A DNA stretch of 64,000 nt from an uncultured Anaerolinea sp. (GCA_964557895.1 CAZLBG010000001.1:44858-108857), one strand, 5' to 3'. Positions 9,925 to 19,812 are shown, counted from the stretch's first letter. Made by a program: numbers and translations. The notes: generated by a model not told the origin, from the letters alone.

Positions 9925-10845
9925 GTGGATAGGTTGTTGTTGCGCTCTCACTTTGCCGATCGGCTGCAGGAAAATGTCAGCCTGGTCAGCCATACCTCCT
10001 CCCGGGTGGGCGGTGCGGCAGCATTTTTTGTCCACGAACCTGAAATGAACCAGTTTGAATCAGATATCAAATGGTGCTGGCAGCACGATATCCCCTTCAT
10101 AGTACTTGGCGGGGGTACCAACATCCTCGTTGGCAGTACCGGTCTTGATAAGCTCGTCCTACAGAACCGTTGCAACAAAATCGAGATCACTGGTACAGCC
10201 AAATCTCCCATCGTCCATGCCGAATCCGGTGCTACCTTTGCTGCAGTCTCCCGTTTTGCTGCCCATCACTCCCTTTCCGGTCTCGAATGGGCATGTGCCA
10301 TCCCCGGTACTCTGGGTGGCGCGGTTTATGGCAATGCAGGCGCTTTTGGGAGTGATATGAGCTTGACCTTGCAAATGGCATACATTGTGCACCGGGATAC
10401 AGGCATAACCGCCATCTCCGTTGAGGAAATGGCCTATTCCTATCGCTCCAGCGTACTAAAACGTGAGCCAGGAAAAGCAGTCATCCTTGGCGCAGACTTG
10501 AAAGTCCGCAAGGGGGATTCTGCAGAAATTACGACCATTATGGAAAACAATACCGCCAAACGCAGGGCATCTCAACCGGGTGGCGCCAGCACAGGGTCAA
10601 CTTTCAAAAATCCTGTCGGTGACTACGCTGGTCGATTGATCGAAGCCGCCGGGCTAAAAGGCACCCGGGTTGGTGGCGTTCAGGTTAGCCCCATTCATGC
10701 CAATTTCTTCATCAACGATGGATCCGGCACACCTGAAGATTATCTGAAATTGATCCGCCTGGTCCAGTCAACTGTCGCCGCAAAATTCGGTGTCAACCTG
10801 GATCTTGAGATCGAATTACTCGGTAGCTGGCAGGGTATTCAATGA
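9925..10845 (+). CDS. murB: UDP-N-acetylenolpyruvoylglucosamine reductase
   Basis: GTG start preceded by 'aaggag'. FAD-binding region VGGAAAFFV...GGGTNILV. 306 aa. Confidence 0.9.
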   Translation: MDRLLLRSHFADRLQENVSLVSHTSSRVGGAAAFFVHEPEMNQFESDIKWCWQHDIPFIVLGGGTNILVGSTGLDKLVLQNRCNKIEITGTAKSPIVHAESGATFAAVSRFAAHHSLSGLEWACAIPGTLGGAVYGNAGAFGSDMSLTLQMAYIVHRDTGITAISVEEMAYSYRSSVLKREPGKAVILGADLKVRKGDSAEITTIMENNTAKRRASQPGGASTGSTFKNPVGDYAGRLIEAAGLKGTRVGGVQVSPIHANFFINDGSGTPEDYLKLIRLVQSTVAAKFGVNLDLEIELLGSWQGIQ

Positions 10846-11948
10846 CAAATAAGATGTCTCTCGCGCTGGTTTTTGGTGGCCGTTCTGGCGAACATGAGGT
10901 TTCCCTCATGAGCGCTCGTTCCGTGCTTTCCGTCCTGAGCAAAGATAAATACAGTGTCACCGAAATTGGCATCTCCCGCGAGGGATTATGGTTCACTGGT
11001 TCCAATGTCCTTGAATCCTTTGAATCGAATCATCTTGACAGTTTGTCTCCCGTTGCTCTTCTTCCTGAACCGCATAAACAGTCCTTATTCATCCATACCG
11101 GTGATAGTTTCGAGCCTCTACCGGCTATAGATGTTTTCTTCCCTGTCACGCACGGAACCTTTGGTGAGGATGGCACGCTTCAGGGTCTCTTTGAACTTGC
11201 CGATGCCGCCTACGTGGGTTGTGGTGTTCTCGCCTCTGCAGTCGGCATGGACAAAAGCCTCTTCAAGGATGTGATGCGCGCCAATAAAGTTCCCGTCGTC
11301 GATTCAGTCCTCCTCAATCGTGCTGAGATTTCCGTCGATATCGAGTCCTGCGTCCGCCGCATCGAATCCGCGTTCCCCTTCCCTGTATTCGTCAAACCCG
11401 CGAACCTGGGTTCATCCGTTGGCATCACCAAGTGCCGCACCCGCTCTGACCTCTTCGAAGGCTTGATGGAAGCTGCGCAGTACGACCGCCGTGTCCTGGT
11501 CGAGCGTGGTATCAACGCCCGCGAAATTGAAGTGAGTGTTCTTGGTAATTCAGAGCTTCTCGCCTCTGTCCCCGGTGAAGTCAAACCCTCCGACGATTTC
11601 TACACCTATGAAGCCAAGTACATAGATGAACATTCCGAATTGATCATCCCTGCCAAGCTCACCCGCGAAAAAACCAACCTCTGTCGGGATCTTGCCATCC
11701 GCGCTTTCAAAGCCATCGATGGTGCCGGAATGGGTCGTGTGGATTTCCTCATGGATCGTGTTACCGATGAGATCTATCTCAGCGAGATCAACACCATCCC
11801 CGGTTTCACCAAGATCAGTATGTACCCCAAGCTCTTGCAGGCTGTGGGTATCTCTTATGAGTCGCTGGTGGAAAAATTGATCGAATTAGCTCAGGAAAGA
11901 AAATCTGAACGGGATCACACCCTTCATACATTCAGGAGGGATTCATGA
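10842..11948 (+). CDS. ddl: D-alanine--D-alanine ligase
   Basis: LALVFGGRSGEHEVSLMSA N-terminus. ATP-grasp C-terminal part. 4-nt overlap with murB. Confidence 0.93.
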   Translation: MTNKMSLALVFGGRSGEHEVSLMSARSVLSVLSKDKYSVTEIGISREGLWFTGSNVLESFESNHLDSLSPVALLPEPHKQSLFIHTGDSFEPLPAIDVFFPVTHGTFGEDGTLQGLFELADAAYVGCGVLASAVGMDKSLFKDVMRANKVPVVDSVLLNRAEISVDIESCVRRIESAFPFPVFVKPANLGSSVGITKCRTRSDLFEGLMEAAQYDRRVLVERGINAREIEVSVLGNSELLASVPGEVKPSDDFYTYEAKYIDEHSELIIPAKLTREKTNLCRDLAIRAFKAIDGAGMGRVDFLMDRVTDEIYLSEINTIPGFTKISMYPKLLQAVGISYESLVEKLIELAQERKSERDHTLHTFRRDS

Positions 11949-13030
11949 GTACTCGTAATCAGAGTGCCTCATCCCGGTCAGAACAGGTAAGGCAGCGCCG
12001 CACCTCCTCAGAACGCAAGGTGAAGCTCCCCGAATCCAAATCCGCTCCCCGGGTCACCAAGACTCTTCCAGCCACCAATGTCTGGCAGCCAACCAATCCC
12101 CGGGTTTCACAACCGGCTCATCACCAGTCGATTCCGGTCTCCCGCCTTACCACCGGAGTCCGCTCCATCCCCCAGACTGCCGTTTCCCCGCGCAAGGTCA
12201 ACTACAAGGTCGCGGCAAACGGTGTCGAAACTCGCATGCTCACCATGCCAACTTTCAGTTTTAGCTGGCAATGGATTTCTGGAAGTCTCGCTGTTGTCCT
12301 GATGGCTGTGATCCTCCTCTTTACCAACCTCACCGTTTTCCAGGTGAATACCATCAGTGTTGATGGCTTACAGCGTTTAACCCCCGAGGATATCGCTCCC
12401 GTCATTCAGCAGCACAGCACCTCGATCTTCCTTATCGATCGCAATGAGATCGTTGAAGCCTTATCCTTCGCTTTCCCCGAACTGACCATTACGAGCCTGA
12501 AAACCTCGCTTCCATCGAATGTGAAGATTACTGTCACCGAACGTCAGCCGATCCTGTCCTGGACAGTCGGTGATTCTATCGTTTGGGTCGATTCGGAAGG
12601 GGTTGTTTTCCCCCCTCGCGGAGATGCTGGCACTATCCTCTACATTTACTCGGATGACGCCATGCCCTTAACCCGTACCACCCCCATTCCGGAGGATCCT
12701 CTGCAATACTTCAATATTGCCCTTGATCGGGCTGAATCAAAGCTCACCCCGGAGGAAGCTCTCAAGCACATGTCTCCAGCCGTCTTGAAAGCCGCTCTGG
12801 ATTTCGCCACGGTTATGCCCGAGGGTTCCCCCCTGGTCTATGACACCGTGTCCGGCATGGGCTGGCAGGATCCGCGCGGTTGGACTGTCTACTTTGGTTC
12901 TTCCCTTGAGAATATGTCCTTCAAGCAGGCGGAGTACCAGGCGATCATCGACCGCCTTGCCGTCCTTGGAATTTCACCTACTACGATCAGTGTTGAATAC
13001 GCTGATGCACCTTATTATCGGACGGAGTAA
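11945..13030 (+). CDS. ftsQ: Cell division protein FtsQ/DivIB-like with a long basic/Pro-rich N-terminal extension
   Basis: Single TM (SLAVVLMAVILLF) followed by a POTRA-like VDGLQRLTPEDI. Sits between ddl and ftsA. Confidence 0.8.
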   Translation: MSTRNQSASSRSEQVRQRRTSSERKVKLPESKSAPRVTKTLPATNVWQPTNPRVSQPAHHQSIPVSRLTTGVRSIPQTAVSPRKVNYKVAANGVETRMLTMPTFSFSWQWISGSLAVVLMAVILLFTNLTVFQVNTISVDGLQRLTPEDIAPVIQQHSTSIFLIDRNEIVEALSFAFPELTITSLKTSLPSNVKITVTERQPILSWTVGDSIVWVDSEGVVFPPRGDAGTILYIYSDDAMPLTRTTPIPEDPLQYFNIALDRAESKLTPEEALKHMSPAVLKAALDFATVMPEGSPLVYDTVSGMGWQDPRGWTVYFGSSLENMSFKQAEYQAIIDRLAVLGISPTTISVEYADAPYYRTE

Positions 13031-13039
13031 AAGGATCTT

Positions 13040-14290
13040 ATGAGCGATCCAGTCGTTGTTGGAATTGATGTAGGCAGCAATAAGATTTGCACCCTGGTTG
13101 CGCGTCTTGAAGGTGAATCCGACCAGCGTATCCTGGGAGTCGGTATTGAACCCTCGCATGGCATCAAGTCCGGTGCCGTGGTAGATCTTGCTGCCGCCTC
13201 ACAGTCCATTGCCCGTTCCATCGAGAAGGCTGAACGCACCTCCGGTCTCGAAATTACTTCTGCCATTGTCAGTCTTGCCGGCTCACAGGTTTCCGGCATC
13301 AACTCCCGCGGCGTTGTTGCCATCTCTGGCGGCGTCATTTCACAGGACGATGTCTGGCGCGCCCTCGATGGTGCCCAGGCGGTTGCCATCCCCCACAATC
13401 GCGAGATCGTTCACGTCATTCAACGTGGGTTCTCAGTTGATGGTCAGGAGGGCATCCAGTCCCCCATCGGCTTCTCCGGCTATCGTCTTGAAGTCGAAGC
13501 CCACATCATCACTGCAGCCGCAGCCACTATGGAAAATCTGCGCCAGTGCGTTCAATCCGCCGGCGTTGATGTCTCCCAGTTCGTTCTCAACCCTCTTGCC
13601 GCCGGTGAAGTTGTCCTCAACAAGACCGAGCGCGATTTAGGCGTCTGCGTTTGTGATATCGGCGGCGGCACCACCAACCTCGGCATTTATGTCAACGGAG
13701 ATGTCTGGCACACCATGGTCCTCCCTGTTGGCGGCAATCACATTACCCAGGATATTGCCATCGGACTCCGCATCAATCCCGACCAGGCGGAGCAGGTGAA
13801 AAAGCAGTACGGTTATTCCATCATGAGCGAAGTCAGCGAAGAGGATTTCTTCACCCTGCGCGCCTTTGGCGAGGATTCCCCCGTCCAGGTCAGCCGCCGG
13901 GAACTGGCTCACATCATTGAAGCCCGCATCACCGAGATCTTTGAACTCGTCCTGCAGGAGATCCACCGTTCCGGACTCAACAGCCTTCTGCCTGCCGGCA
14001 TGGTCCTCACCGGTGGCACCAGCCTCCTCGCCGGCATCCGCCCGCTCGCTTCCCGCGTGCTGGGCATGCCCGTCCGGGTTGCGAAACCTGAAGACCTTTT
14101 GGGTCTTGTCGATCAGTTGCAAAGCCCGGCGTTCTCGACCAGCGTTGGACTTCTGAAATGGGCAGAGCTGGTGAACGCCACTACCGCCACAACTTCTCGC
14201 GCCCATTCCCCCTTCCCCAGCGTCCACACGCCCAAGTGGGAGGATGTCAAGAAATTTTTAAAGGATTTTGGCAAGCGAATGTTACCGTAG
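13040..14290 (+). CDS. ftsA: Cell division protein FtsA (actin-like ATPase)
   Basis: VVGIDVGSNKI and DIGGGTTNL phosphate-binding motifs. 416 aa. Confidence 0.93.
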   Translation: MSDPVVVGIDVGSNKICTLVARLEGESDQRILGVGIEPSHGIKSGAVVDLAAASQSIARSIEKAERTSGLEITSAIVSLAGSQVSGINSRGVVAISGGVISQDDVWRALDGAQAVAIPHNREIVHVIQRGFSVDGQEGIQSPIGFSGYRLEVEAHIITAAAATMENLRQCVQSAGVDVSQFVLNPLAAGEVVLNKTERDLGVCVCDIGGGTTNLGIYVNGDVWHTMVLPVGGNHITQDIAIGLRINPDQAEQVKKQYGYSIMSEVSEEDFFTLRAFGEDSPVQVSRRELAHIIEARITEIFELVLQEIHRSGLNSLLPAGMVLTGGTSLLAGIRPLASRVLGMPVRVAKPEDLLGLVDQLQSPAFSTSVGLLKWAELVNATTATTSRAHSPFPSVHTPKWEDVKKFLKDFGKRMLP

Positions 14291-14328
14291 ATTCCCAGGA
14301 GCGATCTCCTGGATTCACAGACCACTAA

Positions 14329-15552
14329 ATGGAGGAAAATACAATGGAGACGAACAGAAACAACCAGAACCACGCAGCAAATCGCAGTAACCAGTCAGAG
14401 TACGAGAACAGGCAGTTACCGGAATCGTTCGCCCGCATTAAGGTGATCGGTGTCGGCGGCGGAGGCTGCAACGCAGTCAACCGCATGATAGATGAAGGCG
14501 TCCAGGGTATCGAATTCATCACCGTCAACACCGATGCCCAGGCACTCATCAAATCCAAAGCCGATTTTAAGGTCCGCATCGGCGACCTGACCACCAAGGG
14601 TCTCGGCGCTGGTGGCAATCCTGAGATCGGTCGCAAATCCGCTGAGGAATCCTCTGAGGAGTTGTACGAAGCCCTCAAAGGCAGTGACATGGTCTTCGTC
14701 ACCGCCGGCATGGGCGGCGGCACCGGCACCGGTGCAGCCCCCATTGTTGCCCAGATCGCCCGCGAGGTCGGCGCCCTTACCATCGGCGTCGTCACCCGCC
14801 CCTTCTCCTTTGAAGGGCAGAAGCGCCTTCAGGCTGCTGAGCAGGGCATCGCCCGCCTCAAGGAACACACTGACACCCTCATTGTCATTCCCAATGACCG
14901 CCTTCTGCAGATTGCCGACAAGAAATCCACTCTTCAGGATTCCTTCCGCGCAGCTGATGATGTGCTCCGCCAGGGTATGCAGGGCATCTCCGAGGTCATC
15001 ACCGTCCCCGGTCTTGTCAACCTCGACTTCGCTGACGTCAAAGCCGTCATGTCCGAAGGTGGTGCAGCCCTCATGGCCGTTGGTCGTGCCAGCGGTGAGG
15101 ATCGCGCCAAGAAGGCTGCCGAACAGGCCATCTCCAACCAGCTCCTCGATGTCACCATCGACGGCGCTCGCGGCATCCTCTTCAACATCACCGGTGGCAA
15201 CAGCCTCACCCTCTACGAGGTCAACCAGGCCGCAGCCATCATCAAGGAAACCGCCCATCCCGATGTCAACATGATCTTCGGTGCGGTCATCGACGAGAAC
15301 CTCGAAGATGAACTCCGCATCACCGTCATTGCAACGGGTTTCGATAATACCGGCACCCAGCGGGCGATCACTGCCCCCACCACCAAGGTGGATTCTGGCA
15401 TCAGGGATCAACAACCGGTCGTTCAGCAGCCCGTGATGGTTGGTGCCAGCCGTGAACCGGGTATCACCTTTGACCCGACGTCATTCGACACCAGCATGCT
15501 CAACATTCCAGCCTTCCTTCGCAAGTCGCTTGATAGCCGCAATGACCAGTAG
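14329..15552 (+). CDS. ftsZ: Cell division GTPase FtsZ
   Basis: [17 protein letters not shown] and the tubulin signature [12 protein letters not shown]. Confidence 0.97.
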   Translation: MEENTMETNRNNQNHAANRSNQSEYENRQLPESFARIKVIGVGGGGCNAVNRMIDEGVQGIEFITVNTDAQALIKSKADFKVRIGDLTTKGLGAGGNPEIGRKSAEESSEELYEALKGSDMVFVTAGMGGGTGTGAAPIVAQIAREVGALTIGVVTRPFSFEGQKRLQAAEQGIARLKEHTDTLIVIPNDRLLQIADKKSTLQDSFRAADDVLRQGMQGISEVITVPGLVNLDFADVKAVMSEGGAALMAVGRASGEDRAKKAAEQAISNQLLDVTIDGARGILFNITGGNSLTLYEVNQAAAIIKETAHPDVNMIFGAVIDENLEDELRITVIATGFDNTGTQRAITAPTTKVDSGIRDQQPVVQQPVMVGASREPGITFDPTSFDTSMLNIPAFLRKSLDSRNDQ

Positions 15553-15639
15553 TCTGCATGGATAGCACGATCGTGTATCTTCCTCCTTAACCACCAGGGG
15601 CTTGCTACTCCATGGCAAGTTCACGTTACCGTATTCATC

Positions 15640-15672
15640 AAAACCGGCGGCTGGTCACCGCCGGTTTTCTTG
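15640..15672 (+). terminator. Rho-independent terminator after ftsZ
   Basis: 'aaaaccggcgg' / loop 'ctggtca' / 'ccgccggtttt', followed by 'cttgtt'. Confidence 0.75.
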
Positions 15673-15728
15673 TTAAGCGTTTGTTAACCGCTTTTCACCC
15701 TTTTTTTACTGGGTTCTCCTCGCATTTT

Positions 15729-15816
15729 TGGTATAGTCTGAATGCATCTTCTTCTTCTCCTTCTTCCTTCCAGGTCACCTTTTGAAACGCCGAGACACGT
15801 TTCAAGAGGGACCTGG
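15729..15816 (+). ncRNA. Candidate small RNA: extended -10 promoter, CU-rich tract and a long imperfect hairpin
   Basis: 'tggtatagt' (TGnTATAAT-like) at 15729-15737. 'cttcttcttctccttcttccttcc' tract. ~19-bp imperfect stem 15770-15789 / 15798-15816. Confidence 0.2.
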
Positions 15817-16106
15817 TCCATTTAAAAACCTGTTACCTGCTGCCAATCCGATCCTTAAATTTTCCCCTGCTCCATTTTTGGTCTCAGATTCACCCTGGAT
15901 TCCAATAGTGGAATTTTAAGGTTTCTAATCCGCCTCCTGACATCGCCCAAAACACGTATAGATTGGAATTAATTCCCTGATTTTCTCCCTTTGCTTCCCT
16001 GAATTACCGCTATTTCGAACATTTTTTCTCCCATTTCAGCTTGCTTTTCATCCTTCCCGCAGATTGGAAACGTGCCAATTTTAAGATTAATTTTCCCCTC
16101 GAATAA

Positions 16107-16135
16107 TTGAAGTTCATCTGCAAGTATGCTAGAAT
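16107..16135 (+). promoter_or_regulatory. Sigma70-type promoter for nrdR-nrdJ
   Basis: TTGAAG (16107-16112), 17-nt spacer, TAGAAT (16130-16135). Confidence 0.6.
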
Positions 16136-16139
16136 AATG

Positions 16140-16186
16140 GGCGTAGATATACGGTCTGCCTATGCGATATCCCCCATATATGGGGG
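16140..16186 (+). promoter_or_regulatory. Tandem NrdR-box-like palindromes
   Basis: Perfect 16-bp palindrome 'cccccatatatggggg' at 16171-16186. Degenerate 'ggcgtagatatacggt' at 16140-16155. Centres are 31 bp apart, immediately downstream of the -10. Confidence 0.55.
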
Positions 16187-16251
16187 GTTGTTTTTCCAAA
16201 CAGAGCATGGTTTGTCCGGAGTCTAGTATCTGTAACGCTCAGGAGGGTTGA

Positions 16252-16701
16252 TTGCGCTGTCCGTATTGCCAGGATGAAAACTCCAGGGTGCTCGACACCA
16301 CTCACGATAACCGCGGGGGCGTCAGGCGCCGGCGTGAATGTGAAAAATGCGGACAACGTTTCTCCACCTATGAGCGACCCATTCTTGCCACGCCGCTCAT
16401 AGTCAAAAAATCCGGCACCCGCGAGGAGTTTGACCGCGAGAAGCTCCTCCAGGGCATCCGCCTCTCCTGCACCAAGCGCCCAGTCTCCGCTGCCCAGATC
16501 AACCACCTCGTCGGCGAGATCGAAACAAAATTGCAGCGGATGGGGCGTGAAGAGGTTTCGTCCCGTATTGTGGGGGACATGGTAATAGAAGGTCTGAAAC
16601 AGCTCGACCATATCGCTTATATCCGTTACGCCATTGTTTACCTGCAGCTCAGTGACCTGGTTTCCATCCGCAAAGAGATCGACAGACTATTAGAGAGTTA
16701 G
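16252..16701 (+). CDS. nrdR: Transcriptional repressor NrdR (zinc ribbon plus ATP-cone)
   Basis: TTG start 4 nt after 'aggaggg'. MRCPYCQ...[12 protein letters not shown]. Confidence 0.95.
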   Translation: MRCPYCQDENSRVLDTTHDNRGGVRRRRECEKCGQRFSTYERPILATPLIVKKSGTREEFDREKLLQGIRLSCTKRPVSAAQINHLVGEIETKLQRMGREEVSSRIVGDMVIEGLKQLDHIAYIRYAIVYLQLSDLVSIRKEIDRLLES

Positions 16702-16715
16702 GAGTTCACACCACG

Positions 16716-19319
16716 ATGGATACGTTTACCCATACATCGCAACGGTCATTATTGGATTTATCCGGCATACCCAAGGATCTGCCCACCGTCGACCTTACCG
16801 ATAACGCCCGGCAGGTGCTTATCAAGCGCTACGTCCGCCGCGGCACTGACGGGCAGCCGGCTGAGACCGTTGAAGAGATGTTCTGGCGTGTTGCTTACAA
16901 CATCGCCATCGTCGAGGAAAAATGGGCCACTGATGTCAACACCCTCGCCCGCAAGTATTACACTCTCCTCACCTCCAAGGCTTTCTTCCCCAACTCCCCC
17001 ACCTTCACCGGCGCCGGCACTCCCCTCGGACAGCTCGCCGCCTGCTTCGTCCTCCCCATTGATGATGACATGGGTCGCGACTCCTCCGGCATCTTCCAGA
17101 CGCTCCGCGACGCCGCTCTCATCCAGCAGACCGGCGGCGGCAACGGCTTTTCCTTCTCCCGTCTCCGCCCCAAGGGCAGCATCGTCAAAACTTCCGCCGG
17201 CGAAGCCACCGGACCCGTCGGGTTCCTCCGTGTCTACGACAACGCCTTCGGTGAGGTTGCCCAGGGCGGCACCCGCCGCGGCGCCAACATGGCCGTCCTC
17301 CGCGTCGACCATCCGGATGTCGAGGATTTCATCACCTGCAAGACCAACGAGAACCAGATCACCAATTTCAACATTTCCGTCGGTATCACCGATGCCTTCA
17401 TGACCGCCGTAGAGGAAGATCGCGAGTGGGCGCTGCGCTTCCCTGACCTGCTCGACCCGCGCTCCAAGGGCTTTAAGGGCACCTTCGAGCAGGCTGAAGC
17501 CCAGGGCATCCCCTTCCGCGTCTACAAGACCGTGCGAGCCCGCGACCTCTTTGAGAAGATCGTCAAGCAGTCGCATCACAATGGCGAACCCGGACTCCTC
17601 TTCCTTGATGCCGCCAACCGCGGCAATCCCGTACCTCATCTCTACCAGCTCGAAGCCACCAATCCCTGCGGGGAACAGTGGCTCGGACCTTACGAGAATT
17701 GCTGCCTCGGCTCCATCAACCTCGCACAGCATCTCGGCCCCGACCATACCGTCGATTGGGAGAAGCTCCGCGCCAATACCCGCCTTGCTGCCCGTTTCCT
17801 CGATGATGTCATCGACGCCAACGTCTACGTCCCTGCCGTCCCTCAGCTCAAGGAATCTGCCCTGCGCGCCCGCCGCATCGGTCTCGGCGTCATGGGTCTC
17901 GCTGACCTCATGTACCACGTCGGTGTCCGTTACGGCTCCCCCGCTGGTGAGGATTTTGGCGCCCAGGTGATGGAATTCATCCGCTATACCGCCATGCAGA
18001 CTGGCATCGAGCTCGCCCATGAGCGCGGTGCTTTCCCCGCCATCAGCGGCAGCATTTACGATCCCAGCCACCTCCTCTGGCAGCCGCCTGCCTCTCCCTA
18101 TGAAAATCAGCAGTACTGGAACCGTCCCAACCTCGACTGGCAGTCCATCGTGGAAGGCATCAAGCGTTACGGCATCCGCAACGCTGCCCAGACCACCGTT
18201 GCCCCCACCGGCACCATTGCCACCGTCGCCGGCTGTGAAGGCTACGGCTGCGAGCCGGTCTTTGCCCTCGCCTACATCCGCCACGTCAACGACAACGGCA
18301 AGGATCTCAAGCTCAACTACACCAGCCCTATGTTCGAGCAGGCTCTCATCGAAGCCGGCCTCAGCGAACTTGACCGCCAGCAGATCATCGACCAGACCAT
18401 GCGCGATGGCTCCTGCCAGAACGTGGAGAATATCCCGCCTCAGGTGAAAGAGGTCTTCGTCGTCAGCGCTGATATCACCGCCGAGGAGCACGTCCGCACC
18501 CAAGCATCCCTCCAGGCGTTCGTCGATAACTCCCTCTCCAAGACCATCAACTTCCCCGAGAACGCCACCACCGAGGACGTTGCCCACGCCTATATGACCG
18601 CCTGGGAGATGAATTGCAAAGGCATCACCGTTTACGTCACCGGCTCCCGCGACCAGGTCGTCCTCGAAACGCACAACACAGCTTCCAAGAAATCCGGCGC
18701 CGCGGAAGAGGAATCTTCTGACCAGATCAAGATCTGGCAGGAGACCAAGAAACCCCGCCCGCGCGCCCTTCTCGGTCAGACCTTCTCCATCGAAACGCCG
18801 CTCGGCAAAGCCTTCATCACCATCAATGAGAACGGCGCCACCCAGCCCTTCGAGATCTTCATCAACACCGCCAAAGCCGGCTCCGACACTGCCGCCGTCT
18901 CTGAAGCCATCGGTCGCCTCATCTCCTATGTTCTGCGCCTCTCCTCGCCCATTGAGCCCACCCAGCGCCTCACCGATGTCCAGCGTCAGCTGGGCGGCAT
19001 CGGCGGCGGCCGCTCCCTCGGCTTCGGACCCAACCGCGTTCGTTCTCTCCCGGATGGCGTCGCCCAGGTCCTCCAGGAGTACCTCGACGAGCGCGCCATC
19101 CGCCTCGGCAAGGTGCTGCCCGGCGGTGAGCCCAACCAGCCCTCGCTCCTCAACGCCCCCTCCTCCGAGCTCAAGATCGCCTCGCTCGATGATTCCGACA
19201 TGGTCATCCCCGCCAACCCCGCCGCCATCGGTGACCTCTGCCCCGAATGCGGTGTTGCCGCTGTTATTAATGAAGAAGGCTGCCGCAAGTGTTACTCCTG
19301 CGGGTACAGCGAGTGCTAG
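16716..19319 (+). CDS. nrdJ: Adenosylcobalamin-dependent (class II) ribonucleotide reductase
   Basis: 867 aa. TNPCGEQ active-site region. C-terminal CPECG...CRKCYSCG cysteine cluster. Confidence 0.93.
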   Translation: MDTFTHTSQRSLLDLSGIPKDLPTVDLTDNARQVLIKRYVRRGTDGQPAETVEEMFWRVAYNIAIVEEKWATDVNTLARKYYTLLTSKAFFPNSPTFTGAGTPLGQLAACFVLPIDDDMGRDSSGIFQTLRDAALIQQTGGGNGFSFSRLRPKGSIVKTSAGEATGPVGFLRVYDNAFGEVAQGGTRRGANMAVLRVDHPDVEDFITCKTNENQITNFNISVGITDAFMTAVEEDREWALRFPDLLDPRSKGFKGTFEQAEAQGIPFRVYKTVRARDLFEKIVKQSHHNGEPGLLFLDAANRGNPVPHLYQLEATNPCGEQWLGPYENCCLGSINLAQHLGPDHTVDWEKLRANTRLAARFLDDVIDANVYVPAVPQLKESALRARRIGLGVMGLADLMYHVGVRYGSPAGEDFGAQVMEFIRYTAMQTGIELAHERGAFPAISGSIYDPSHLLWQPPASPYENQQYWNRPNLDWQSIVEGIKRYGIRNAAQTTVAPTGTIATVAGCEGYGCEPVFALAYIRHVNDNGKDLKLNYTSPMFEQALIEAGLSELDRQQIIDQTMRDGSCQNVENIPPQVKEVFVVSADITAEEHVRTQASLQAFVDNSLSKTINFPENATTEDVAHAYMTAWEMNCKGITVYVTGSRDQVVLETHNTASKKSGAAEEESSDQIKIWQETKKPRPRALLGQTFSIETPLGKAFITINENGATQPFEIFINTAKAGSDTAAVSEAIGRLISYVLRLSSPIEPTQRLTDVQRQLGGIGGGRSLGFGPNRVRSLPDGVAQVLQEYLDERAIRLGKVLPGGEPNQPSLLNAPSSELKIASLDDSDMVIPANPAAIGDLCPECGVAAVINEEGCRKCYSCGYSEC

Positions 19320-19321
19320 GA

Positions 19322-19383
19322 GCCTTTCCTATAAAATTTTAAGGAAAGGCGACGTACCCTGGACACGCATTTCGTCCAGGGTA
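19322..19383 (+). terminator. Two consecutive perfect hairpins after nrdJ
   Basis: 9-bp stem 'gcctttcct'/'aggaaaggc' (19322-19350). 10-bp stem 'taccctggac'/'gtccagggta' (19355-19383), followed by 'atcatttgt'. Confidence 0.6.
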
Positions 19384-19390
19384 ATCATTT

Positions 19391-19419
19391 GTCATTACGA
19401 GCGTAGCGAAGCAATCCCC
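19391..19419 (+). repeat. Short member of a GC-rich dispersed repeat family
   Basis: 'gtcattacgagcgtagcgaagcaatcccc'. Same termini type as the copies at 19489 and 21893. Confidence 0.45.
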
Positions 19420-19488
19420 GTTACCGACCGCGTTTCCCCCAGGTTAATGTCACGCCTGCACAGCAGCGCACGCATTGCGGTGCAAGTG

Positions 19489-19593
19489 TTGCGAGGAGCG
19501 CACAGCGCGACACGGTCGCGTTTTGTGCACCCCCTCGCGTACGTTGCACTCCGGTGCATTTCCGGAGGACCGAAGGGAGTGTGGCAATCTCCG
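19489..19593 (+). repeat. GC-rich dispersed repeat, copy A
   Basis: Starts 'ttgcgaggagcg' and ends 'ggcaatctccg'. These are identical to the ends of copy B (21893..21967), in the same orientation. Confidence 0.6.
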
Positions 19594-19616
19594 CTAATTC
19601 CAACCCCCAATCCCGC

Positions 19617-19643
19617 TTGACATTTCCCGTCCTGGCATATAAT
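19617..19643 (+). promoter_or_regulatory. Candidate promoter for the PLC/P1-nuclease-like gene
   Basis: TTGACA (19617-19622), 15-nt spacer (short), TATAAT (19638-19643). Leaves a ~165-nt GC-rich leader. Confidence 0.35.
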
Positions 19644-19812
19644 TAACTCATCGCCCACCTCACGGGCACCGGGGACCCTCCAGCGGGCCCCCGCCGGGAA
19701 CACATCAATAAGACCGTGTTCCCCCCACAATATCGGTTGATTTCAAGTCAGGCTTATCGGTACCGGGAGCAACCCCTGCTTCCCCGTTTCCGTTTGCCTG
19801 CCGGAGGACCCG

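Noticed and set aside
14416-15414. 332-aa minus-strand ORF antisense to ftsZ, and similar ORFs at 13637..14227, 14325..14795, 3892..4542 and 7632..8303
   Set aside because: Shadow ORFs of GC-rich genes with low-complexity composition. Each overlaps a well-supported dcw gene.
15969-16208. 79-aa minus-strand ORF (and the overlapping 16129..16611 ORF) in the ftsZ-nrdR spacer
   Set aside because: It overlaps the nrdR promoter, the NrdR-box region and nrdR itself. No SD and no recognisable domain.
16758-18674. 638-aa minus-strand ORF covering most of nrdJ
   Set aside because: It is antisense to a confidently identified gene. The translation is low-complexity and G/A/V/D-rich, as expected for the opposite strand of high-GC3 coding DNA. 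No SD or start context, and no recognisable motif.
16716-19319. Intein or B12 riboswitch associated with nrdJ
   Set aside because: The protein reads continuously through the conserved RNR blocks, with no Cys/Ser...HN splice-junction insertion. Only 14 nt separate nrdR from nrdJ, so there is no room for a cobalamin riboswitch.
18826-19620. 264-aa plus-strand ORF in an alternative frame of the nrdJ 3' end, running through the terminators and repeats
   Set aside because: Pro/Ser/Ala low-complexity translation. It crosses two perfect hairpins and repeat copy A. It is an artefact of GC-rich sequence.
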